Shown here: one piece after another, positions 27,630-35,323 of the stretch
How the letters are laid out: the number at the start of each line of letters is the position of its first letter
Position numbering within the stretch: the first letter of the stretch is position 1
Source of the DNA: Candidatus Nomurabacteria bacterium
GTDB taxonomy: Bacteria; Patescibacteriota; Saccharimonadia; Saccharimonadales; VXPC01
Assembly: GCA_020631905.1 (NCBI GenBank)
Contig: JACKGQ010000001.1
Span: forward strand, 293,854 to 357,853
Reading direction: 5' to 3'
DNA length: 64,000 nucleotides
Position numbers and translations under genes: made by a program
The notes under the pieces: generated by a model
The model's input: the letters and a program-made list of their open reading frames with translations, nothing else
Told to the model about the DNA's origin: nothing
Databases searched by the model: none

Positions 27630-27983
27630 ATGTTTAAAAAAGAGTTCTTCAAAGACAAGACGATCTTACTTCTGAGTCTAATACTAGGCTTAATGACACT
27701 ATTCAATATACTTTCGGTTTTACTGCGGACGAGTTTATCTCAGAACACGACTACGCTACGTTTCTGGACGCTCCAAGGATCACCACAAATCGAAAAACAA
27801 GCACCAGCTCAACTATATTCTTTTGCGATATTTGCAGTTTTTGTGGCGGTAATTAGCTTCGTATTAAGCTATAAATTATATGAAATCTATAAGCCATCGG
27901 CCTATGCTTTATTGCTCTTTACTATGTTTGTTATTCTGACCAATACTATAGTTAGCGGAGCTTTGTTAAATCTCCAGCAATGA
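27630..27983 (+). CDS. small 3-4 TM membrane protein, translationally coupled to the GT2 synthase
   Basis: TATAAT at 27616-27621, 8 nt before ATG 27630. Stop overlaps the next start (ATGA). Confidence 0.55.
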   Translation: MFKKEFFKDKTILLLSLILGLMTLFNILSVLLRTSLSQNTTTLRFWTLQGSPQIEKQAPAQLYSFAIFAVFVAVISFVLSYKLYEIYKPSAYALLLFTMFVILTNTIVSGALLNLQQ

Positions 27984-29617
27984 GTCGTAGCGATATCGAG
28001 ATCCCAAGTCCAGAAAATCGTCGTGGGTGGTATCGTTTTTTTGAGATAATGCCTGGAGCTATCACTTATCTTCTGTATGCTCTACCTATATTTCTGAGTA
28101 TCTTTAATCCCACACTAGCTGCAATATTCGTAATTGCCTACGTACTTATCTGGGTATTTAAGTCGAGTGCAATGTCGCTAAGAGTTATTCAGGGCCATCG
28201 ACGAATAAAATATGCCGCCGAACTTGATTGGCCGCAGATGCTCGTCGATCTCAAAGACCCGCGTCGAGCGATCGAACAATATGAGCGACCGATCAACAAA
28301 CTCCAAGAAGCTCACCGACGACACTTGCAAATGCTTTCCGACAAGCGGACATTAGACTTAACTCCAGAAGAAGTCATCCATGTAATCATTATTGCTACCT
28401 ATAATGAAAGCCGAGCAATAATAGAGCCAACGATCCAAGCCATCATTAACAGTAGTGGATATGCAAAGAATCGGGTGGCGTTATTTATTGCCTACGAGCA
28501 GCGTGGTGGCCAGCAAAAAGCTACCGAAACCATGCAGCTCTGCCGTGATTATCGTAAATACTTCATGCACACCGAAGCAGTTGAGCATGTTGATGCTCCT
28601 GGTGAAGTAGTCGGCAAGGGGGCAAACTTGTCGTATTGCGGCTGGCGCCTTAAAGAATGGGCAGAGATGTCTGGCTTAGACCCCTCAAAGGTGCTAGTCA
28701 CCACTTTAGATGCCGACAATCGTCCAGATAAAAATTACCTGGCGGCCTTAACTTATACTTATTGCATTGCCCATGATCGCAAGCACAAGTCCTACCAGCC
28801 AACCGCGGTATACGTGAACAACATTTGGGACGTGCCAGCAATTATGCGCCTAAGTGCCATGGCGAATACTTTCTTCCATACAGCCAACTCAATGCGCCTA
28901 CATGCGTTACGCAATTTTTCGGCACACGCCCAGAGCCTGGACGCTCTCATAGAAACAGATTTCTGGAGTGTCCGCACAGTAGTCGAAGACGGCCACCAAT
29001 TCTGGAGGAGCTATATACAGTTTGAGGGCAACCACGAAACTCTACCCCTATATACTCCCGTTTATCAAGATGCCGTCTACGCTGGTGGCTACTGGAAATC
29101 GATAGTTGCCCAGTTCAAGCAGATTCGGCGTTGGACATATGGTGCTTCAGACATCGCCTACCTTGCAACTCGTGCCTTTCGTCGCGGTAGTAGGGTGCCA
29201 AAAAAAGATGCGATCGCAAAGTTCGGTAGATTGCTCGAAAATCACGTTGGCTGGGCAACATCGGCGCCACTCCTTTTAATCGCAGGCTGGATTCCACTGA
29301 TAGTCGCTCTGACAAACAATGGTGAACGAAATTTTGTTGTCGATCAGTTGCCTAGACTTATCGCTCAGATTAACACCGGTGCATTAGTATTCTTGCTGGT
29401 AGTCTTGTATATCGGTATGGCCACACTACCACAACGGCCCGGACACCGGAGTCGTTGGTACTATGTAAACTTTCTATGGCAATGGATCTTCATACCTATT
29501 ACCGGTATAGTCTTTAATTCTTATGCAGCCCTAACTTCTCAGACAAGGCTGATATTTGGCAAATATGTAGGTGTTTTCGACGTTACCACTAAATCTGTCA
29601 AAAAGGCTAAGCGCTAG
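27980..29617 (+). CDS. processive family-2 glycosyltransferase (cellulose/chitin-synthase-like membrane synthase)
   Basis: TM helices flank a GT-A domain carrying ATYNES, TLDADN (DxD), VVEDGH (ED) and QFKQIRRW (QxxRW) in canonical order. Confidence 0.8.
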   Translation: MSRSDIEIPSPENRRGWYRFFEIMPGAITYLLYALPIFLSIFNPTLAAIFVIAYVLIWVFKSSAMSLRVIQGHRRIKYAAELDWPQMLVDLKDPRRAIEQYERPINKLQEAHRRHLQMLSDKRTLDLTPEEVIHVIIIATYNESRAIIEPTIQAIINSSGYAKNRVALFIAYEQRGGQQKATETMQLCRDYRKYFMHTEAVEHVDAPGEVVGKGANLSYCGWRLKEWAEMSGLDPSKVLVTTLDADNRPDKNYLAALTYTYCIAHDRKHKSYQPTAVYVNNIWDVPAIMRLSAMANTFFHTANSMRLHALRNFSAHAQSLDALIETDFWSVRTVVEDGHQFWRSYIQFEGNHETLPLYTPVYQDAVYAGGYWKSIVAQFKQIRRWTYGASDIAYLATRAFRRGSRVPKKDAIAKFGRLLENHVGWATSAPLLLIAGWIPLIVALTNNGERNFVVDQLPRLIAQINTGALVFLLVVLYIGMATLPQRPGHRSRWYYVNFLWQWIFIPITGIVFNSYAALTSQTRLIFGKYVGVFDVTTKSVKKAKR

Positions 29618-30063
29618 GCGAGATCGAGGTCTTTTATTTTATTTCGTAATTCCGCCTTACTTATGTGGCGACTACGGTCTGTGACGTATTTTAGGGCTGC
29701 TGGTGGCTCAAAGTGGCGCAAGGTGTTAAATACACTATCTTGCAACCTACTGACCGGAATAATCGCTTGATGCGCGCCTAGGAGCATTTTAATGACAGTA
29801 TCTGTAAGCATTTGGGCGTTATAGACCCGATTAGAAGTTGATAAACAGCGGTAAATACTTAAGAACAGTCGATCGCGACTAAAGGGCACTGTTTGCATAT
29901 CCCCGTAATCAACAAGCCAAATCGTCTCGTAGTTTGCAAGTTCTGTAGTCGTAAAAACCGTTTGGCATTTTTTGCAGTGTCGTCTCCGCCAAGTACCGTG
30001 CACGCGTTTTTGAGTACGCGAGTTAGAAACACTAGTTTTGCAATTGCAGTAAGGACATACCAT
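29614..30063 (-). CDS. nrdR: transcriptional repressor NrdR
   Basis: N-terminal zinc ribbon CPYC...RRRHCKKCQTVFTTTE followed by an ATP-cone-like domain. 149 aa. Confidence 0.8.
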   Translation of the reverse strand: MVCPYCNCKTSVSNSRTQKRVHGTWRRRHCKKCQTVFTTTELANYETIWLVDYGDMQTVPFSRDRLFLSIYRCLSTSNRVYNAQMLTDTVIKMLLGAHQAIIPVSRLQDSVFNTLRHFEPPAALKYVTDRSRHISKAELRNKIKDLDLA

Positions 30064-30127
30064 GTCTATATATTGACATTATGCTATACAAAAAGCTAGT
30101 GGATAACTAGACATTAATTGGGGAAAT

Positions 30128-30322
30128 ACAAAAAAACAGCTCTTTTCAGAGCTGTTTTCTGCTATTTACGTGCGCGTCGCACGCGTTTTAATTGATTTGC
30201 AATGATTGTAGATGGCTCTAAGTCTTCATAAAAGAGCTTAAAACCTCCTAAAGTAGTTGCACTCAAAATTTACCTCATTTTTAATGCATAACCATTATAA
30301 CAAAAACGTGCAAATGTGTCAA
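30128..30322 (-). other. orphan transcription unit: consensus promoter + intrinsic terminator, sRNA or 34-aa sORF (30162..30266, TTG start)
   Basis: On the minus strand: TTGACA (30322-30317), 17-nt spacer, TATAAT (30299-30294). Hairpin 30155-30136 is followed by a T7 run. An internal ORF is preceded by GAGG. Confidence 0.5.
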
Positions 30323-30396
30323 TAAAACAGTATTAGATAAAAATGCTTGTGCCTCAAATATTAACGATTTTACTAGTGTTAGAGTAGAATAAGCAT

Positions 30397-30864
30397 ATGC
30401 CAGTAAAAACAGCTAAAAAACTTGTTAAAAAGTTTGATTTTATAAGATTTGCACTTGTTGGGGTATTAAATACTATTCTCGATTTTACGATATTAAACAC
30501 TCTGGTTGCAGGCTTGGGAGCCCCGGTATTAATCGCCAATATTATATCGACATCACTGACGATGATATTTAGTTTTCGGGCTAACCAGAGGTTAGTATTT
30601 AGGTCTTCTAGTGCCGAACGTCGACACCGTCAGATTATTCTGTTTATCTCTGGCACGCTATTTGGTTTGTATGTGATTCAGACACTTGTAATCGCCGCAT
30701 TAGCTCATTGGTGGACTGGTCCGCTTGAAACACTTACCAACCTACTTATTGGCAGATCAAGCGATCTTTTAGTTATTAATTTGGCGAAAGCAGCAGCGAC
30801 TGCAACGACGATGATTTGGAACTATTTCTTCTATAAGTTCGTAGTGTTTGGGAAGTCAAAATGA
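30397..30864 (+). CDS. GtrA-family membrane protein
   Basis: RFALVGVLNTILDFTILN motif and 4 TM helices. TAGAAT lies 6 nt before the ATG. Confidence 0.85.
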   Translation: MPVKTAKKLVKKFDFIRFALVGVLNTILDFTILNTLVAGLGAPVLIANIISTSLTMIFSFRANQRLVFRSSSAERRHRQIILFISGTLFGLYVIQTLVIAALAHWWTGPLETLTNLLIGRSSDLLVINLAKAAATATTMIWNYFFYKFVVFGKSK

Positions 30865-31589
30865 AGTATTCGATCATCATTCCGGCCTATAACGAGGCCA
30901 AATATATCGACCAAACGCTTACTTGCTTAGCCGACTATCTTAGAGATACTAAAATTATAGATAACACAGAAGTAATTGTGGTTGCAGCTAACGGTGGTGA
31001 TGGGACTGCCAGCAGGGCCAAATCGCATAGTAGTATATTTAATAAACTAGTCGTTTTAGAGCTACCTAGTCGGGTTGGCAAAGGACGTGATTTACGCCAT
31101 GGGTTTAAGCATGCAACTGGTGAGTATCAACTATTCATGGATGCCGATATGGCTACGCCACTCCATCATATTGAAGTGGCCCTTAAAACACTTGAAGCTG
31201 GTAAAGATATTGTAATTGGAGTCCGAAATTTGGCTACAATGCATAACACTATACTTCGTAAAGCTAGCTCTAGGCTGAGTAATCTCGCCATTCGTATCTT
31301 AGCTGTTAGAAATGCCCGAGATACCCAATGCGGGTTTAAGGCATTTACGCGTGTGGCTGCGGCAACCATCTTCAGTCGTGCAAAGATTAATGGCTGGGGT
31401 ACAGACATAGAGATTCTAGCAATTGCCCAGATACATAAACTTAGCATTGCTCAACAGTCGATAGCAGACTGGCATGATCCAAAATCTGGGGAAGGCTTAG
31501 CCGGCGACAGTCAATTAAAAGCCATGCGTCAAACTTTAAAAGAACTATATATTATTCGTCGTAATATAAACAAAGGTGAATACAAGTGA
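30861..31589 (+). CDS. GT2 polyprenyl-phosphate glycosyltransferase (GtrB/DPM1-like)
   Basis: YSIIIPAYNEAKYI and MDADMATP (DxD) motifs. 4-nt overlaps with both flanking genes. Confidence 0.85.
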   Translation: MKYSIIIPAYNEAKYIDQTLTCLADYLRDTKIIDNTEVIVVAANGGDGTASRAKSHSSIFNKLVVLELPSRVGKGRDLRHGFKHATGEYQLFMDADMATPLHHIEVALKTLEAGKDIVIGVRNLATMHNTILRKASSRLSNLAIRILAVRNARDTQCGFKAFTRVAAATIFSRAKINGWGTDIEILAIAQIHKLSIAQQSIADWHDPKSGEGLAGDSQLKAMRQTLKELYIIRRNINKGEYK

Positions 31590-33103
31590 AGTGGCTACTT
31601 AGACAAATAAAAAAATATCCGTGGCTAGTGGCAGCTATTATTTTACTTTGCTTCACTTTACCAACACTGGCGCGGTACAGTTTTTGGTTCGACGAAAGTT
31701 ATACATCAGCCATCACCGATCACTCTGCCAGACAAGCTATCGAACTAACTGCAGTCGACGTTCATCCGCCACTTTACTACATAGTCATGTTTTATTGGCG
31801 AGATGTTTTTGGGTCGTCAGACATTGCAATGCGTAGTTTAAGTGTTGTTTTTGGGGTTGCAGCCCTAATATTCTTATACAAATTGCTGGCACGACTCTTT
31901 GAGCGGCGCACTGCAACGGTTGGCACAATCTTTGCCTCACTAGGACCATTTGTAATCAGATACAGTCAAGAGGCGCGGATGTATACATTGGTAGCGACTT
32001 TCATCTTGGCTTCAACTTACGTTCTGGTGGTATTGATGCAACGCCGCCTCGCTGCGCGTAGCCTAAAGCTATGGGTTGTCTACGGTTTATTAATAACTGC
32101 ATGTGTCTATACTCATTATTTTAGTAGCCTAATCCTCGTACCGCATCTAGTTTATATAATCAGAGTTAACCAGAGCCCACAGACAAGTGGTAGGTTAAAG
32201 CGCTGGCTTCAAGCACTTCGACGCGTAAGAAAAGGGCTGCTTGTCGCAGGCGGTATTAGCTTTGGGCTATTCTTGCCATGGCTACCAACATTCATGCGAC
32301 AGATTGGATCTGTAAATAATGGCTTCTGGATACCTCAGATTAACGAACTATCGATCAGTAATCTGTTCGGTAAAATACTTCTTTATCACGATTATGATGT
32401 GCGTCAGATAAGTTCGTATATCACTCTTTTACTACTAGTAATCTTCTTAATAAGCCTGACTCGCTGGGTTCGCAAACAGCCTTCAGTTGATCGCCAGGGC
32501 TATAACTTGCTACTAAATAGTTTCTGGCTACCAGTACTGATTCTGTTTTTAATTTCGGCTGCTCCAGGAACGAGCTCCTACTTCTATGTTCGTTATTTTG
32601 CGCAATACGCGTACTTTTTTTATGGTCTGATAGGAGTGGTTGTTTGGCGGCTTATAACAACAAAACGCACTCAAAAGATTGGCCTAAGTTTAGGAATGGT
32701 AATTATCATAGCTTTTTCTATAGGAATATCGAATGTACTTCGGGGAGTCGACAAACGAGACAACAGCGCTAACCAGACGTTTCAGATTATTAATCAGGGC
32801 TACAAATCCGGTGATGTTATTGTTGCATTAGATTTTGGAGTCTGGTTTGATTTGAACCACTATAATCTGACCAAACAGCCAGTCCATTATCTTTACGAAC
32901 AAAAAGATTATGGTTCTCTCCAGCCGATTTTTCGCCAACCAGGGTTGAGGGTAGAAAGCTTGTCAGAGCTCGAAGGCAGGAGAATTTGGTTAGCTGCCAG
33001 CTATGGCTGGCAAGATTTTAGTCTGCCGGCAGCCTGGGGCCAACCGATTGAAGTCGCAAACGGACGAGGCAGTTTTGTTCGGCTATATGAACTAACAGAT
33101 TAG
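31586..33103 (+). CDS. GT-C fold glycosyltransferase (GT39/GT83, ArnT/PMT-like)
   Basis: More than 10 TM helices. First-loop FDESYT and DVHPPLYY motifs. Confidence 0.8.
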   Translation: MKWLLRQIKKYPWLVAAIILLCFTLPTLARYSFWFDESYTSAITDHSARQAIELTAVDVHPPLYYIVMFYWRDVFGSSDIAMRSLSVVFGVAALIFLYKLLARLFERRTATVGTIFASLGPFVIRYSQEARMYTLVATFILASTYVLVVLMQRRLAARSLKLWVVYGLLITACVYTHYFSSLILVPHLVYIIRVNQSPQTSGRLKRWLQALRRVRKGLLVAGGISFGLFLPWLPTFMRQIGSVNNGFWIPQINELSISNLFGKILLYHDYDVRQISSYITLLLLVIFLISLTRWVRKQPSVDRQGYNLLLNSFWLPVLILFLISAAPGTSSYFYVRYFAQYAYFFYGLIGVVVWRLITTKRTQKIGLSLGMVIIIAFSIGISNVLRGVDKRDNSANQTFQIINQGYKSGDVIVALDFGVWFDLNHYNLTKQPVHYLYEQKDYGSLQPIFRQPGLRVESLSELEGRRIWLAASYGWQDFSLPAAWGQPIEVANGRGSFVRLYELTD

Positions 33104-33139
33104 CTTTCAATCTTAGTCTTTGCTAGAGTAGGTGTCGAT

Positions 33140-34210
33140 ATGACTAAATTCACAGTTCTAAAACAGAACTCTAGGTACGGCCGCAGTGGCTACTTTGAGA
33201 CTCGGGTCGGTAGAGTCTACACGCCCGTATTTATGCCCGATGGGACTCGAGGTGCAGTTAAAAGTGTCTCACCAGATCAACTGCTAGAGGCGGGGGTTGA
33301 GGTTGTATTAGCGAATACCTATCACCTCCATTTGCAGCCTGGAGAGTCAGTAATAGAAGAGTTGGGGGGCTTACATAAATTTATGAATTGGCCGAAGCCG
33401 ATTCTGACCGATTCTGGTGGGTTTCAGGTGTTTTCTCTGGCTCATACGCGTAAAATCACCGAAGAAGGGGTGGAATTTAAAGATCCTAAAACCGGTGATA
33501 AGGTGTTTATATCTCCTGAGAAATCTGTTCAAATCCAGTTGGCTCTAGGATCGGATATTGTCATGGCTTTCGATGATTTAACTGGTTTATCGGAAAATGA
33601 TCGCGCTCGGACTAACGAGGCTTTCGATCGCACTCACCGCTGGCTACTCCGCTCCATAGCAGAATTCAATCGCTTGACCAAAGACATAGAGAAGCGGCCG
33701 CTATTGTTTGGAATAGCCCAAGGTGGCTTAGACGAGAAACTTCGCCTAAAAAGCCTTAAATTTGTGCAAGAAACCGACGTAGATGGTATAGCAGTTGGTG
33801 GCTTATCTGTAGGAGAAAGTAAAACCGAGATGTATAAGATTCTAGAATTGTTGGCACCACACTATGATTCAGGTCGACCACATTTTCTGATGGGGGTAGG
33901 TGATCCTCCAGATCTGCACTTTGCCTACGCGCACGGCATCGATATGGCGGATTGCGTTCTACCTACCAGGAATGCTCGGCATGGCTCAGTCTGGTTAAGT
34001 GGGGATAAGAAAGACAATTTAAAGAGATTGGAAAATGAATCGAGCAAAGAGGTAATTGACCAAGCTTGCAGATGCTACACCTGCAGGAATGGCTTTCAGA
34101 GGGGATGGTTCAGGCATCAATTTAAGCAGACCGAACCGCTTGCCGGAACCTTAGCTTCGATCCACAATATTCACTACCTGCAGCAACTTGCAAAAAGCTA
34201 CCGCAGTTGA
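33140..34210 (+). CDS. tgt: tRNA-guanine transglycosylase
   Basis: TPVFMPDGT, LTDSGGFQVFSL, and zinc site CRCYTC...H. 356 aa. Confidence 0.95.
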   Translation: MTKFTVLKQNSRYGRSGYFETRVGRVYTPVFMPDGTRGAVKSVSPDQLLEAGVEVVLANTYHLHLQPGESVIEELGGLHKFMNWPKPILTDSGGFQVFSLAHTRKITEEGVEFKDPKTGDKVFISPEKSVQIQLALGSDIVMAFDDLTGLSENDRARTNEAFDRTHRWLLRSIAEFNRLTKDIEKRPLLFGIAQGGLDEKLRLKSLKFVQETDVDGIAVGGLSVGESKTEMYKILELLAPHYDSGRPHFLMGVGDPPDLHFAYAHGIDMADCVLPTRNARHGSVWLSGDKKDNLKRLENESSKEVIDQACRCYTCRNGFQRGWFRHQFKQTEPLAGTLASIHNIHYLQQLAKSYRS

Positions 34211-34249
34211 ATAGTCAGATAACCTCTGTTACACTTCTATGTACCGCAT

Positions 34250-34326
34250 GGGTTCGTAGCTCAGTTGGCTAGAGCGCTTCCTTGACGTGGAAGAGGTCGG
34301 GGATTCGAGTTCCTCCGAACCCACCA
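34250..34326 (+). tRNA. tRNA-Val (GAC)
   Basis: GGGTTCG acceptor, anticodon loop UUGACGU, encoded CCA. Confidence 0.9.
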
Positions 34327-34339
34327 ATGTATATGTATG

Positions 34340-34365
34340 TCCACCTAAGAGTAGGTGGATTTTTA
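34340..34365 (+). terminator. intrinsic terminator after tRNA-Val
   Basis: TCCACCTA / TAGGTGGA stem followed by TTTTTA. Confidence 0.8.
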
Positions 34366-34421
34366 TATCAATTATGACACCAACAAAATACAGCTTATAT
34401 CATCCATGATATTTTACACAG

Positions 34422-34577
34422 TATGTGGAAAGGCTAGCCATTTTAGGTTAGATTTAGACTAGCCAAAAATGGCTAGCGGGTGTAGACTATTGGGTAGGTG
34501 AAGTTTTGGGAGAGGTTTTATACCTCTCGGTACCTTCATACATGTCGCCTGCGTGTGCGAGAGCAGGCGACTTTTTT
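34422..34577 (+). ncRNA. candidate small RNA (unclassified, about 155 nt)
   Basis: Extended -10 TGaTATTTT at 34407-34415. 12-bp hairpin GCTAGCCATTTT/AAAATGGCTAGC. Hairpin GAGAGGT/ACCTCTC. Terminator GTCGCCTGC/GCAGGCGAC plus T6. No ORF. Confidence 0.45.
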
Positions 34578-34594
34578 GTTGTAAAATATTTCTA

Positions 34595-35098
34595 ATGAAA
34601 CAAATAATTTGGGTTTATGGTTGTAGTGCGACTGGTAAGGAAACATTTATCCGTGCAGTAGCTCACGATAAAAAACTACAGAAGCTTGTTGGCTTGCCAG
34701 TTGGTAAGGTTAGTTTTTCTAGGGGTAGCATAGAACATAACGTTGGTTTTGATCCCGATGCCCAGACTAAGCGAGAACAGATTGCTGAAGATATAAGATT
34801 GGCTTTTAACCAGGGGTTTGAAGCCATACTGATAAAATGGCAATTTCTGGATTTTGAAGCCGACAGAGTGATTAAATTTAGAACCATGTTTCCAGATGTT
34901 CTCCAGTCTGGAGTTTTGCTGGTAATTCCCCTAGACGAGCACATAAGACGATTAAAGCTCAAAAAATGGTGGGATCCAGCAGATGATGAAAGAGAATATC
35001 TTGATTGGGAGCTACGTACAACAAAATCTATGGTAGCCAAAGATGGACTATCGGTTATCGAGATCGATAGCTCAAATACGAACTATAAACTACTGTAA
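34595..35098 (+). CDS. P-loop NTPase/kinase-like protein (167 aa)
   Basis: GCSATGKET Walker-A-like motif near the N-terminus. TAAAAT box lies 7 nt before ATG 34595. The longer ORF-track start would run through the upstream terminator. Confidence 0.65.
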   Translation: MKQIIWVYGCSATGKETFIRAVAHDKKLQKLVGLPVGKVSFSRGSIEHNVGFDPDAQTKREQIAEDIRLAFNQGFEAILIKWQFLDFEADRVIKFRTMFPDVLQSGVLLVIPLDEHIRRLKLKKWWDPADDEREYLDWELRTTKSMVAKDGLSVIEIDSSNTNYKLL

Positions 35099-35137
35099 AC
35101 ATTGACCAATAAGTTAGATTATTGCTAGTATTTAGGT

Positions 35138-35310
35138 ATTAAGTATTGAAGTGGACTAACCAACCATGGAGCTTCGCCGGGGTGACTACGAAGAGCGTTA
35201 TCTAAAGTAGTAAGAGCAAAAGTCGAGGTGGAACCTCCGGGCTAGTCCTGGACCGAGACGCTAAGGTGTGACCTGTTTACAGATAATACCTTAGCGTCTT
35301 TTATCTTTTA
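35138..35310 (+). promoter_or_regulatory. T-box-like transcription-attenuation leader of thrS
   Basis: Promoter TTGACC-18-TAGTAT (35102-35131). GGTGGAACC (35227-35235) resembles the T-box core. 12-bp terminator 35257-35268/35288-35299 plus U-run. ACC/ACG Thr codons occur in the 5' half. Confidence 0.5.
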
Positions 35311-35323
35311 TAAGGAGTAAATT

